From an uncultured Alphaproteobacteria bacterium (GTDB lineage: Bacteria > Pseudomonadota > Alphaproteobacteria > Puniceispirillales > UBA1172), in the NCBI GenBank assembly GCA_958431225.1, contig OY288107.1, positions 629,953-693,952 of the forward strand: a stretch of DNA of 64,000 nt, in the 5' to 3' direction. The notes under the pieces are model-generated. The model did no database searches, was not told the origin of the DNA, and was given only the letters and a program-made list of their open reading frames with translations. The translations under genes were made by a program, and so were the position numbers. The stretch's first letter is position 1, and every line of letters starts with the position of its first letter. Of the stretch, positions 41,595 to 50,881 are shown piece by piece.

Positions 41595-42434
41595 TCAACG
41601 ATTAGCACAAACCCACTCAGCGGTTTTATCGCCGGGCAACTCGTTCTCAGTGTAGCCGTAAGGTGCAACTGCCGCCATCATTTTTTTAGAACCGACATAT
41701 TTTGCCAGCGCGGTGTTGAATTTCGCCATGAATTCCGCATCCGCATCACGGAAACCGATACCAACCCAATTTTGGCTCCAATCGGGCAAAGCACCGGGGT
41801 TAGTGACATCCACGGCGGCATCGTTTTTGGCAAAATCTGCGGCTTCAAAATAAGTAAGCCCGCCAGCATCGGCACGCCCCGCCTTAATCGCCGCCAGAAT
41901 CTCCGTAGGACCCGGCACTTGAATAATCATAGAATCGGTCAGACCTTGTTTTTTAGCGGCTTCAACGGTGTTATACCCCGCCACCGCCGCAAGGATTGAT
42001 TGCGTGCGGAGAATATCCTTATAGTTCTCAATGCCTTTAGGATTACCCGCCGGCACAATAAAAGCATCACCAGTTTGGGCGATAGGTTCAGAAAACGCGA
42101 TATTCTTGCAACGGCTATTGAGGATATAAAGCCCGCCAGTAATGATATCATAACGATTGGCTTGAAGCCCGGGAATAAGCCCCGACCAATCGGTCACCAC
42201 GGTTTCAATATTGTCATGCCCCATAGATTCAAGGATGCCCACAGCAATTTCATTGACAAAGCCTTTAGGTGCGCCGTTTTCATCGGGAAATCCCCAGATT
42301 GGTATATTAGAAAACCCAATGCGAATCGCCTCGCCTGCTTTGATCCGATCATCAATAGGACCAGCAAAAACCGCACTAGCCCCCGCCACAAACACGAAAG
42401 CCACCGCCACAATATATTTGGTTAATTTGAACAT
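41595..42434 (-). CDS. Amino-acid ABC transporter substrate-binding protein (EhuB-like by architecture)
   Basis: I trimmed the ORF to MFKLTKYIVAVAFVFVAGASAVFA (signal peptide). It has a PBP type 3 fold, and the C-terminus ..YGYTENELPGDKTAEWVC resembles ectoine-type binding proteins. Confidence 0.88.
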   Translation of the reverse strand: MFKLTKYIVAVAFVFVAGASAVFAGPIDDRIKAGEAIRIGFSNIPIWGFPDENGAPKGFVNEIAVGILESMGHDNIETVVTDWSGLIPGLQANRYDIITGGLYILNSRCKNIAFSEPIAQTGDAFIVPAGNPKGIENYKDILRTQSILAAVAGYNTVEAAKKQGLTDSMIIQVPGPTEILAAIKAGRADAGGLTYFEAADFAKNDAAVDVTNPGALPDWSQNWVGIGFRDADAEFMAKFNTALAKYVGSKKMMAAVAPYGYTENELPGDKTAEWVCANR

Positions 42435-42548
42435 CTCGCCCTCCTTTAGAAAAAGTGTTCCGAAAACCGAGCATCCCGCAATCATACGGATTAAGCAATT
42501 GAGAAAATCTGCGCCGCGATTGAGAATTACTTAATCCCAAACCACCCA

Positions 42549-43274
42549 TCACCCTTTCAAATTTCGCGCAATCGTGGAACGATAAACGTTATGCATATGT
42601 TCCTCAGCGGCACGGGCAGCGGCGGCGGCATCGCCGGCTTTGAGGGCTTCGTAGAGGCGATGGTGGTCTTTGAGGCTTTGTTCTAGCACATGCGGCTGTT
42701 CCGAGGCGCGGCGGCGGAATTCAAGACCCAGCGCATTGAGACTCTCGCCGATGCGTTTTAAGAACGCATTACCGCAAGCCACCCAAATGGCTTCGTGGAA
42801 TTGAAAATCCGAAGCACGGAATTGCGTCGGGTCTGAAAGCGTCGCCACTTGAGATTCTAAAATTTCTGCCAGCACTTTGAGTTGTTCATCGGAGATATTT
42901 TGTGCGGCACGGCGGGCAACATCGCCTTCAATCAGCGAGCGCGCATCGTAAAGTTCGCGGATATTCATCTCCTCAAGCGATAGAAAAAAGCGAATCGGAC
43001 CGAGTAACGCCTCGCCATCCAATTGGCTGATAAACGCGCCGCCGCCTTGACGCGAAGTCACCACGCCTAAAATGGATAAGCCGCGAATCGCCTCACGCAC
43101 CGAGGGGCGTGAGACATTTAGCATATCCGCAAGATCGCGTTCCGGCGGCAATTGATCGCCGGGTTTGAGCGCACGATTGGTGACCATTTCAAGAATCCGC
43201 TTGGCAACAATTTCCGAAAGCGATTGCCGTTCAATAGGGGCTTCGTGCAAAAAAGCCAAGGATTTGTCACGCAT
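42549..43274 (-). CDS. GntR family transcriptional regulator (FadR subfamily, FCD domain)
   Basis: 241 aa. wHTH region LKPGDQLPPERDLADMLNVSRPSVREAIRGL plus an all-helical FCD C-domain. Confidence 0.9.
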   Translation of the reverse strand: MRDKSLAFLHEAPIERQSLSEIVAKRILEMVTNRALKPGDQLPPERDLADMLNVSRPSVREAIRGLSILGVVTSRQGGGAFISQLDGEALLGPIRFFLSLEEMNIRELYDARSLIEGDVARRAAQNISDEQLKVLAEILESQVATLSDPTQFRASDFQFHEAIWVACGNAFLKRIGESLNALGLEFRRRASEQPHVLEQSLKDHHRLYEALKAGDAAAAARAAEEHMHNVYRSTIARNLKG

Positions 43275-43287
43275 AGCCTCGCTCCCT

Positions 43288-44130
43288 TTACGCTTGCCCC
43301 ACGTGCTGACGCTGTGTACCTAACCCTTCAATGCCGAGTTCCATCACTTGTCCTGCGCGCAGATAGACTGGCGGTTTCTGCCCTAACCCTACCCCCGGCG
43401 GCGTTCCCGTTGAGATGACATCCCCGGGCGCGAGGGTCATAAATTGCGATAAGTGGCTTATCAAATGCGCCACCCCATAGACCATAGTTTTGGTTGAACC
43501 ATCTTGGTAGCGATGCCCATCAACCTCAAGCCACATCCGTAGATTTTGCGGGTCGGGAATCTCATCGCGGGTCACCAGCCACGGACCTATCGGACCAAAC
43601 GTATCTGCGCTTTTGCCCTTGACCCATTGCCCGCTAAAATCCATTTGAAAAGCGCGTTCGGAAACATCGTTAATCACGCAATATCCCGCTATATGCCCCA
43701 TCGCATCCGCCTCATCAACATAGCGCGCCACTTCACCAATAACCACCCCGAGTTCAACTTCCCAATCGGTTTTTTGCGCATTGCGCGGAATCAGCACCTC
43801 ATCATTGGCACCGCAAATCGCGCTGGTTGCCTTCATGAACAAAACCGGATGCGGCGGCACATCCATCCCCGATTCCGCCGCATGGTCAGAATAATTGAGA
43901 CCAATACATAAAAACTTGCCCACCCCGCCGACGCAAGCACCAATACGGCTATCGGCGGGCAGGCTGGGAAGGCTTGCCACATCAAGTGCGCGCAAACCAT
44001 CAAGCCCGCTATCCGATAGCACCGCCCCGCTAATATCGCCTATATGCGCGGATAGATCGCGTATGATGCCAGCATTATCTAATAACGCTGGCTTTTCTTG
44101 CCCTTGGGCGCCTACACGCATGAGTTTCAT
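43288..44130 (-). CDS. Fumarylacetoacetate hydrolase (FAH) family protein
   Basis: I trimmed the ORF to MKLMRVG (ATG 44130). FAH fold motifs are CIGLNYSDHA, PVLFMK, DWEVELGVVIG, NDVSER and PGDVISTGTP.GVG. Confidence 0.9.
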   Translation of the reverse strand: MKLMRVGAQGQEKPALLDNAGIIRDLSAHIGDISGAVLSDSGLDGLRALDVASLPSLPADSRIGACVGGVGKFLCIGLNYSDHAAESGMDVPPHPVLFMKATSAICGANDEVLIPRNAQKTDWEVELGVVIGEVARYVDEADAMGHIAGYCVINDVSERAFQMDFSGQWVKGKSADTFGPIGPWLVTRDEIPDPQNLRMWLEVDGHRYQDGSTKTMVYGVAHLISHLSQFMTLAPGDVISTGTPPGVGLGQKPPVYLRAGQVMELGIEGLGTQRQHVGQA

Positions 44131-44134
44131 CGCT

Positions 44135-45097
44135 TTATCCTTTCCATTGGGGTACGCGTTTGCGCGGCGCGGCGCCCTTGAGTGCCGCCGCCAAATCATC
44201 AGCAACCAAAGTTTGCAGACGCCCGATTGCTGCTTCTGAATACCACGCGGCATGCGGGGTCAATAAGCAATTAGGCGCGCGCCGCAAAGGCGAGGTTGCA
44301 GGGAGTGGCTCATCACAAAATACATCCAACGCCGCCCCAGCAATCACCCCCTCATTGAGTGCCGCCGCTAAATCGGCTTCATTTATCAAAGCCCCGCGCG
44401 CTGAATTCACTAGCATCGCATGGCGCGGCATCTGCGCGAAAGCATCGGCATTAAAATAACCCGTTGTTTCAGCCGTTGCTGGTGCGTGGAGCGAGATAAT
44501 ATCCGATTGTGCGAGCAAATCGGCGGCACTGACAAGGCGCGCCCCCGCCGCCGCATCTTGCTGCAGCCACGGGTCAGCCACAAGGAAGTCAAAACCAAAA
44601 CCCGCCAGCCGTGCTTTGACCGCCGAGCCAATCTGCCCCATGCCAAAGAAACCTACCACCGTCTCGCCAAAAGCTTTAAGGGGCTTAGCGTGTTGCACCG
44701 CCGCCCACGCCCCCGCACGCACCGAAGCATCAAGCATCGGCAATTTACGAAGCAAGGCCAAGATCGCCGCCGCCGTATGTTCAGCGACTTCATCCGCGCA
44801 ATAATCAGGCACATAACCAACCCGCAACCCCGCCGCCGCCGCCGCTTCAAGGTCTATATTATCGTATCCGACGCCATAGCGAATAATGCTCGCCCCGGGC
44901 TTGACGGCCTCTGCGGCTAGCCGCCCGAAATCAGCAAACTGAACCGCTACCGCATCGGCATCCTTGACGGCTTCCGCCACCTCAGCATCGGTTTTGCATT
45001 GGTGTGCGAAAAATTCGGCTCCCGCAGATAGAGCTGCTTTTTCTTCCGCCTCAAGGTTGGGAAACGTATAATCGGTGATGACGACTTTTTGGCTCAT
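44135..45097 (-). CDS. D-isomer-specific 2-hydroxyacid dehydrogenase family protein
   Basis: 320 aa. NAD motif GFFGMGQIGSAV, plus SLHAP, NSARG.LI and the catalytic context TPHAAW. Confidence 0.9.
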   Translation of the reverse strand: MSQKVVITDYTFPNLEAEEKAALSAGAEFFAHQCKTDAEVAEAVKDADAVAVQFADFGRLAAEAVKPGASIIRYGVGYDNIDLEAAAAAGLRVGYVPDYCADEVAEHTAAAILALLRKLPMLDASVRAGAWAAVQHAKPLKAFGETVVGFFGMGQIGSAVKARLAGFGFDFLVADPWLQQDAAAGARLVSAADLLAQSDIISLHAPATAETTGYFNADAFAQMPRHAMLVNSARGALINEADLAAALNEGVIAGAALDVFCDEPLPATSPLRRAPNCLLTPHAAWYSEAAIGRLQTLVADDLAAALKGAAPRKRVPQWKG

Positions 45098-45909
45098 GCG
45101 CCCGCTCCTGTCGCCAGATAATCATAGATAATCTCGCCCTCAACCAAAGTGAAATCCGCCCGCCAATAAAACCCTTCCAAAGGCTCAAGCACGGGAAGTC
45201 TAAAAATCGGCAGTTGTGCATTGGGGCGCAATTCCACCGTGCAAGCCCCGCCCCACGCCTCATGCACCACCACATCGGTGAGTTTGCGGCTGGTTAATTG
45301 CCTAATCGCCGGACGTCCGTCAATATGGTCAATGGCTTTGAGATTGATATTGACCGCGAAATCAAAATAGGGCGCAAGCGCATCTTGCGCCGCGCGGTCT
45401 TGCTTATAGGGGAGCGTGCCGGTAATGACATCAATACCATTGCGCGCCACCGAACCGACAATCAGGTCGTTGCGGAACTTGATTTTCGGGCGTCCAAATT
45501 TTTTGGGCTGTCCGTGAATTTCTCTGCCATGCGCGACCCCAACGTCTGATGACAACGCCAAATAAGGCGAATACGCCCCTTCATGCTTACCCCCTTCATG
45601 CTTATTAAGGCGCGCCCCGAACATCACATTCGCCTCGCAATAACTGCCGAGCCAATCGGTATCGTTCATTTTGTAAATATGCGCGCAAGCCACCTCGCCT
45701 ACGGGTTCAAGGGGTGGCGGCAATAAAAACGCCATCGCCTCCGGGTCTGTGCGCCAATAAAGCGTCAGAATCTCAGCATTTCTGAACTGAAATGGAAAAC
45801 GCGGAATCATCGGTGCGTCCCACGGCGTTGAAAATCCACCCTGCCTAATATCGGCTTCGCTAGGGCGAATAATGCCATATTTTTTAATGCCATATTTTTT
45901 TTGGGGCAT
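45094..45909 (-). CDS. Acetoacetate decarboxylase (ADC) family protein
   Basis: 271 aa. The N-terminal region (PMIPRFPFQFRNAEILTLYWRTDPEAMAFLLPPPLEP) and overall beta-cone-like composition are typical of ADC-family proteins. Confidence 0.78.
   Translation of the reverse strand: MPQKKYGIKKYGIIRPSEADIRQGGFSTPWDAPMIPRFPFQFRNAEILTLYWRTDPEAMAFLLPPPLEPVGEVACAHIYKMNDTDWLGSYCEANVMFGARLNKHEGGKHEGAYSPYLALSSDVGVAHGREIHGQPKKFGRPKIKFRNDLIVGSVARNGIDVITGTLPYKQDRAAQDALAPYFDFAVNINLKAIDHIDGRPAIRQLTSRKLTDVVVHEAWGGACTVELRPNAQLPIFRLPVLEPLEGFYWRADFTLVEGEIIYDYLATGAGA
45871..45900. repeat. Perfect 15-bp x2 in-frame tandem repeat in the ADC-family N-terminus
   Basis: aatgccatatttttt occurs twice and encodes KKYGI-KKYGI at residues 4-13. 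Confidence 0.9.
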
Positions 45910-45940
45910 GATATGCGTCTCCTTTCAAATCAGCGCGAAT

Positions 45941-47224
45941 TCACGCGCCTAAAACGCGCGGCAACCAAAGCGATAATGCGGGAACAAAAGTAATCAACAA
46001 AAGCGCCAAAAGCAACGGGATGTAAAACGGCAAAATCGCCCGAACAATCTTACCAAAAGGCGCGCCAGTGATATCCACCATAATAAACAACAACACACCA
46101 AAGGGCGGCGTCGCCGCACCAATCAAAAGATTAAACACCATAATGACGCCAAAATGCACGAGGTCAATATCAAGGGCGTTGAGCAAAGGCAATAAAGTCG
46201 GCACAGCAATCAGCAGAATCGCTGTCGTTTCCATCACGCAACCAATCAACAGCAACATCAGCATAATCAAAAGCAGAACAATATATTTATTGGTTGAAAT
46301 AGACAGGATGCCATCGGTGAGGGCTTGGGGGAGTGCGTTCACCGAAATCACCCAGCCAATCGGAATCGCCGCCGAGATAATAAACACCAAAACACCCGTA
46401 GTGAGGACGCTAGCTTGTGCTGCTTGCATCAAGCCTTTCACGGTGAGGTTGCGGCTAATAAAACCAAAAGCCATCGCATAGATGACCGTCACCGCCCCCA
46501 ACTCCGTAGGCGTTGCGACCCCGAACAACAAACCAAACACCAACACCACCGGAGCGAGCAGAGCCGGAATCGCGCGCCAGAATTTATGTAAAATCTCGCC
46601 GCCGCTTGCCGCCTCACGCACCGGTGCGACAATCATCCCCATCCGCGCCATAGTATAAATCAGCACCATCAAAAACCCGCCGATGATGAGCCCGGGCACA
46701 ACCCCTGCCAGAAAAATCGCCGAAACCGATGCTTGGGCGGTCACCGCATAAATCAACAAAATGACGCTAGGGGGAATGATGGGACCAATAATGGACGAGG
46801 CGGCGGTGACGGCGGCACTAAACGCCGCATCAAAGCCAGCCTTTTTCATGGCGCGAATCTCAACCGTGCCAAGTCCTGCCGCATCGGCTTGTGCCACCCC
46901 AGACATACCCGCAAAAATAATGCTCGCCACCACATTGACATGGGCGAGACTGCCGCGAATATGCCCCACCAAAGCCAGCGCAAAATCAAAAATCCGCGCG
47001 GCAATCCCCGCACGATTAAGCAAATTCCCAGCAAAAACAAAAAGCGGTATCGCTAATAAAGGAAAACTATCAAGCCCCGATGCCATGCGCTGAATAACGA
47101 TATTTAAGGGGAAGGTGCCGTCCAAAAGCAAAAAACCCACCGCCGAAAAAATCAGCGCGAACGCCACCGGCACTTCAAGCACCAGCAACACCCCTAACGC
47201 CACAAACATCAAAGCCAAAGTCAT
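45941..47224 (-). CDS. TRAP transporter large permease (DctM family)
   Basis: 427 aa, about 12 TM, with DctM-type motifs (PLFVFAGNLLN, GPIIPPS). Confidence 0.94.
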   Translation of the reverse strand: MTLALMFVALGVLLVLEVPVAFALIFSAVGFLLLDGTFPLNIVIQRMASGLDSFPLLAIPLFVFAGNLLNRAGIAARIFDFALALVGHIRGSLAHVNVVASIIFAGMSGVAQADAAGLGTVEIRAMKKAGFDAAFSAAVTAASSIIGPIIPPSVILLIYAVTAQASVSAIFLAGVVPGLIIGGFLMVLIYTMARMGMIVAPVREAASGGEILHKFWRAIPALLAPVVLVFGLLFGVATPTELGAVTVIYAMAFGFISRNLTVKGLMQAAQASVLTTGVLVFIISAAIPIGWVISVNALPQALTDGILSISTNKYIVLLLIMLMLLLIGCVMETTAILLIAVPTLLPLLNALDIDLVHFGVIMVFNLLIGAATPPFGVLLFIMVDITGAPFGKIVRAILPFYIPLLLALLLITFVPALSLWLPRVLGA

Positions 47225-47793
47225 TCGGACTCCATCAATTTTTCAACATCGTGAAAATCATCATCGCCCAAGCATAATATCGCCTCCACCGCCGCCCCGT
47301 GCGGGAGCGCCCGCAAACCCGCAAGCAAAAAATAAAACGCTGTCATAGCCAAAAGCACAAAAGAGATGCTAATCGGCAGTGAGAAAAACAAAAACCGCGG
47401 CAACTCCCAAGGCAGAGCAATGGTCGCACTACGGCTTTCGGTATTCATCACCACCAAAGCATAAGGAAACACCAACACGACAATGGCAATGACAACGCCT
47501 TGGCGGATGACATAAAGCCCCGCCGCCCAGCGCCCGCCCCAGATATGCGAAAGCCACTCAATACGAATATGGCGCTGGGTTTTTAATCCCACACTCGCAC
47601 CAAGAAACACCAGCCAAATAAAACCATAAACCACCGCCTCTTCAACCCAGATGAGGGGGTTGTTAAAAAAATACCGCGACACCACTTGTGCGCCGATAGA
47701 AGCAACAATGCCAAAAAGCAACACCACCGCCAAACCAAGTTCGCACCAACCCAGAATCTCCAGAAATCTACGATATGTACGCAAAAGAGCCAT
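47221..47793 (-). CDS. TRAP transporter small permease (DctQ family)
   Basis: I trimmed the ORF to MALLRTYRRFLE. It has four TM segments and overlaps the DctM start by 4 nt. Confidence 0.85.
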   Translation of the reverse strand: MALLRTYRRFLEILGWCELGLAVVLLFGIVASIGAQVVSRYFFNNPLIWVEEAVVYGFIWLVFLGASVGLKTQRHIRIEWLSHIWGGRWAAGLYVIRQGVVIAIVVLVFPYALVVMNTESRSATIALPWELPRFLFFSLPISISFVLLAMTAFYFLLAGLRALPHGAAVEAILCLGDDDFHDVEKLMESE

Positions 47794-47877
47794 CGTGCCA
47801 ATCCAAAAACACCCCCACCCAAAAACAATCGGTAGCGATTGAGGTGCTACCGATTGCCTTGGGCGCAAGGGAGCTAT

Positions 47878-48867
47878 TTAATTGAGGGCGCGGATTTTTT
47901 TCCACAGCCCCTTGGACCAAATGCCGTCCGCTTCCATGGTTTTGACGCCAGCTTCGGCTTTAGCGGCAAAAGGCGCGACATTGACTTTGTGAATCGTTGC
48001 CCCTTCTGCGCGCATTTTATCAAGCACCTCGGTGGTGCCACGCGCTGCCTCACTGCGCGCCCATGCCACCGCGTCCTCAGCCGCTTCGGTCAGAATCTTT
48101 TGCAATCTCGGCGACAGCGCATCAAAACGCTTGGCGCTCATGCTAATCTGCATAGTTGATTGCACGTGATTCGTCAGCATGACATGATTCGCCCCTTGAT
48201 GGAAATTCTGCGCATAAGCAGGATTAGGAGGCCCTTCCGCCGCCTCAATCGTGCCGGTTTTCAAGCCCAGAAACACCTCCGCCCAAGCAACTTGTGCCGG
48301 GCTTGCGCCTAAAGTTTCCCAAAGCAAAACATAGGTCTGAATCCCCGGCACCCGCATCTTAACACCGCGCAAGTCCGCCGGTGATTTGACCACAGGCTTA
48401 GCGAATAATACCCGCGCTTCCGTAGGGGCAGCGGCGAGAATATGGATGTTATTGCTACGGCGCAGACGCTTGGCAATATCGGTAAAAAGATTGCTCTCAA
48501 GGAATTTCTGCATGTGATTCGCATCATCAAAAGTAAAACCCCAGTTGAGGATATTAAAATCATCTTCCCATTTCGCATACCAGCCGAGAACATCACCATA
48601 AATATCCACCGTGCCTTCAATCATTTGTTCAATGACTTGGGTGTCGTTGCCGAGTTGGGTGCCTTGGACGTGATTGATTTCAATCGCACCTCCTGCCCGC
48701 TGTTCTACGAGTTCAGCAAAGCGGATATTGGTCCGATTGAGTAAACTGCCCACAGTGTCAGCTTCAGCGAAAAGCAACTTTTCTTGCGCTGTCGCAGTTA
48801 GCGGGACGAGCAACGCAGCGCCTAAAAACGCCAGCGTCATAGTTTTGATAATATTGAGAGATTTCAT
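47878..48867 (-). CDS. TRAP transporter substrate-binding protein (DctP family)
   Basis: 329 aa with a signal peptide ending TATAQE and DctP-family motifs (LRGVKMRVPG, TGTIEAAEGP). Confidence 0.92.
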   Translation of the reverse strand: MKSLNIIKTMTLAFLGAALLVPLTATAQEKLLFAEADTVGSLLNRTNIRFAELVEQRAGGAIEINHVQGTQLGNDTQVIEQMIEGTVDIYGDVLGWYAKWEDDFNILNWGFTFDDANHMQKFLESNLFTDIAKRLRRSNNIHILAAAPTEARVLFAKPVVKSPADLRGVKMRVPGIQTYVLLWETLGASPAQVAWAEVFLGLKTGTIEAAEGPPNPAYAQNFHQGANHVMLTNHVQSTMQISMSAKRFDALSPRLQKILTEAAEDAVAWARSEAARGTTEVLDKMRAEGATIHKVNVAPFAAKAEAGVKTMEADGIWSKGLWKKIRALN

Positions 48868-48925
48868 TGCACTCCTCCATTATGTGCTATAGTTGACAGA
48901 AAACTTGCCATAGTTTGTTATTTGC

Positions 48926-48953
48926 CATACCATTAAATTGGTATGACCAATTT
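48926..48953. promoter_or_regulatory. Candidate GntR/FadR-type operator
   Basis: A perfect palindrome AAATTGGT-ATG-ACCAATTT lies at 48935-48953. It overlaps a second inverted repeat, CATACCA-N6-TGGTATG, at 48926-48945. Both sit in the 117-bp divergent region between the TRAP operon and the SDR/enolase pair. Confidence 0.5.
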
Positions 48954-48984
48954 CAAGCACAGGTAAAAATTGGAGTCAAGATAA

Positions 48985-49749
48985 ATGTTTCATCTCACCC
49001 CCATAGCGATTCCTGACCTCACGGGCAAAGTGATTTTGCTGACTGGGGCAGGGCGGGGTATTGGTGCGGTGCTCACGGGGCTATTGGTGTCAAAGGGTGC
49101 GGTGGTCTATGGTGGCATGCATTCGGACAGCGCCCCCCCTTGGCAAGCACATCTTGAGGGCGCGCGCCTCATACCCTTGGACATCACCAACCCGCAACAT
49201 ATAACCCGCGCCATCGCCCAGATCACCGATGAGGCGGGGCGTTTAGACGTGCTCATCAACAATGCTGGCGTCATTGCACCGATTGCGCCGATTGATAGCC
49301 TTACCAGCGACGGACTCAGCCGCGCCTTTGACATCAACGCTGTGGGTCTGCACCGCATGACCCAAGCCGCCCTGCCCGCCTTACGCGCATCTAGGGGTGT
49401 GGTCATCAATGCTGGCACCGGTGCCGCTACCACCGCCCTTGAAGGATGGGGGGCGTATTGTGCGTCCAAAGCGGCGGCGCGCATGCTCACCATGTGCTAC
49501 GCTGATGCGCTTGCCGATAGCGGTGTGCAGTTCTTTTTTATCGGCATTCCGCCCACGGATACCAATATGCAAGGGGTGATTCGCGCCTCGGGCATCAATC
49601 CCATCAGCCAAATTCCCCAAAAAGATTTGGTCGCCCCAGAAGTTCCCGCAAGCGTTATGGCTTGGCTTTGTAGCACCGATGCGCGTAAGCTTGATGCGGT
49701 GTTGCTTGACGTGCGCGAAGAGCCGTTTCAGTCTATGATGGGAGTATAA
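48985..49749 (+). CDS. Short-chain dehydrogenase/reductase (SDR)
   Basis: 254 aa with TGAGRGIG, NNAG and the catalytic YCASKAA. Confidence 0.9.
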   Translation: MFHLTPIAIPDLTGKVILLTGAGRGIGAVLTGLLVSKGAVVYGGMHSDSAPPWQAHLEGARLIPLDITNPQHITRAIAQITDEAGRLDVLINNAGVIAPIAPIDSLTSDGLSRAFDINAVGLHRMTQAALPALRASRGVVINAGTGAATTALEGWGAYCASKAAARMLTMCYADALADSGVQFFFIGIPPTDTNMQGVIRASGINPISQIPQKDLVAPEVPASVMAWLCSTDARKLDAVLLDVREEPFQSMMGV

Positions 49750-49750
49750 A

Positions 49751-50875
49751 ATGAAAGTCAAAAGCGTAGAAGCGATTCCGGTTGCTTACCAAGAACCCAC
49801 CGACCATAATCGCTTTCGTTCGGTTTGCTTGGTTAAGATCACCGACAGCGATGGGCGCGTGGGTTGGGGTGAGGCGTGTTCGTATTTCCCCGAAGCCACC
49901 CGCGCCACCGCCGCTATCATTGATGGGCTAGCGCCTCTCGTTATCGGGCAGAACCCGCAACATACCGAAGCCATCTGGCATCAATTAAAAGCGCATAGTT
50001 GGTGGTATGGCACTGGGGTGGGGATTGCGTCTTTTGCGATTGCTGGCATTGATATTGCGCTATGGGATTTGCAGGGCAAGCAATTAGGCGTGCGGGTTTT
50101 GGATCTTTTAGGCGGGGCGGTGCGCGACAATTTACCCGCCATCGCCAGCCTTCACGCCACCGATAAAAGCCTTGATAAAATGGCAGAAACTATCGCCAGC
50201 CACACCGCAACCGGACTCCACGGCGCCAAAGTAGGCTTCGGCAAAGCGGGGGAGGCGCATCTAGGTTTTGATGAAGCACGAGATTTTGCCTTTGTTGATA
50301 AAGTGCTAGGGGCGATGGGCGCGGGCAAAGACCTCATGGTTGATCTTGGGGTCAAGAATTTCTGGGATATTGCAACCGCTATACGCCGCGCGCGTGGGTT
50401 TGAAGAACGTGGCGTGGCGTGGCTTGAAGAACCCCTTGGGCATGACGACCCCCAAGGCTATCAAGCGCTCCGCCAAGCCAGCACCATCCGCATCGCTTAC
50501 GGCGAGCGCGAATGGAACGCCGGCGGCGTTGCGCGCATTGTTGCTTCAGGAAATGTTGATGTGGTGGGGCTTGACCCCGGCAGAATTGAAGGCATCACCG
50601 GTTTCCGTAAAGCCGCCGAGATTTGCGCCCTCCATCGCCGTCAAGCCAACGCCCATAATTTTTCCACCGCCATCACCGCCGCCGCCAGCCAAGCACTAAG
50701 TTTCGCCAGCCCCGCCTGTTATCTTCTTGAACTTCAGCCCGTCTATGGTCCAGCACAAAAAGACCTCGTAGATAAACCCGTCTGGCACAAAAAAGGTTTT
50801 GTTGATGCCCCCGAAGGCACAGGACTCGGCATTGAAATCAATGAAGATTTAGTTGAATCGGCGCGTTTGACTTAA
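49751..50875 (+). CDS. Enolase-superfamily enzyme (mandelate racemase/muconate lactonizing family, acid-sugar dehydratase-like)
   Basis: 374 aa. Capping domain plus barrel with metal-ligand contexts (MVDLG, LEEPL, YGERE) and the motif DIALWDL. Confidence 0.9.
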   Translation: MKVKSVEAIPVAYQEPTDHNRFRSVCLVKITDSDGRVGWGEACSYFPEATRATAAIIDGLAPLVIGQNPQHTEAIWHQLKAHSWWYGTGVGIASFAIAGIDIALWDLQGKQLGVRVLDLLGGAVRDNLPAIASLHATDKSLDKMAETIASHTATGLHGAKVGFGKAGEAHLGFDEARDFAFVDKVLGAMGAGKDLMVDLGVKNFWDIATAIRRARGFEERGVAWLEEPLGHDDPQGYQALRQASTIRIAYGEREWNAGGVARIVASGNVDVVGLDPGRIEGITGFRKAAEICALHRRQANAHNFSTAITAAASQALSFASPACYLLELQPVYGPAQKDLVDKPVWHKKGFVDAPEGTGLGIEINEDLVESARLT

Positions 50876-50881
50876 TGTTGG

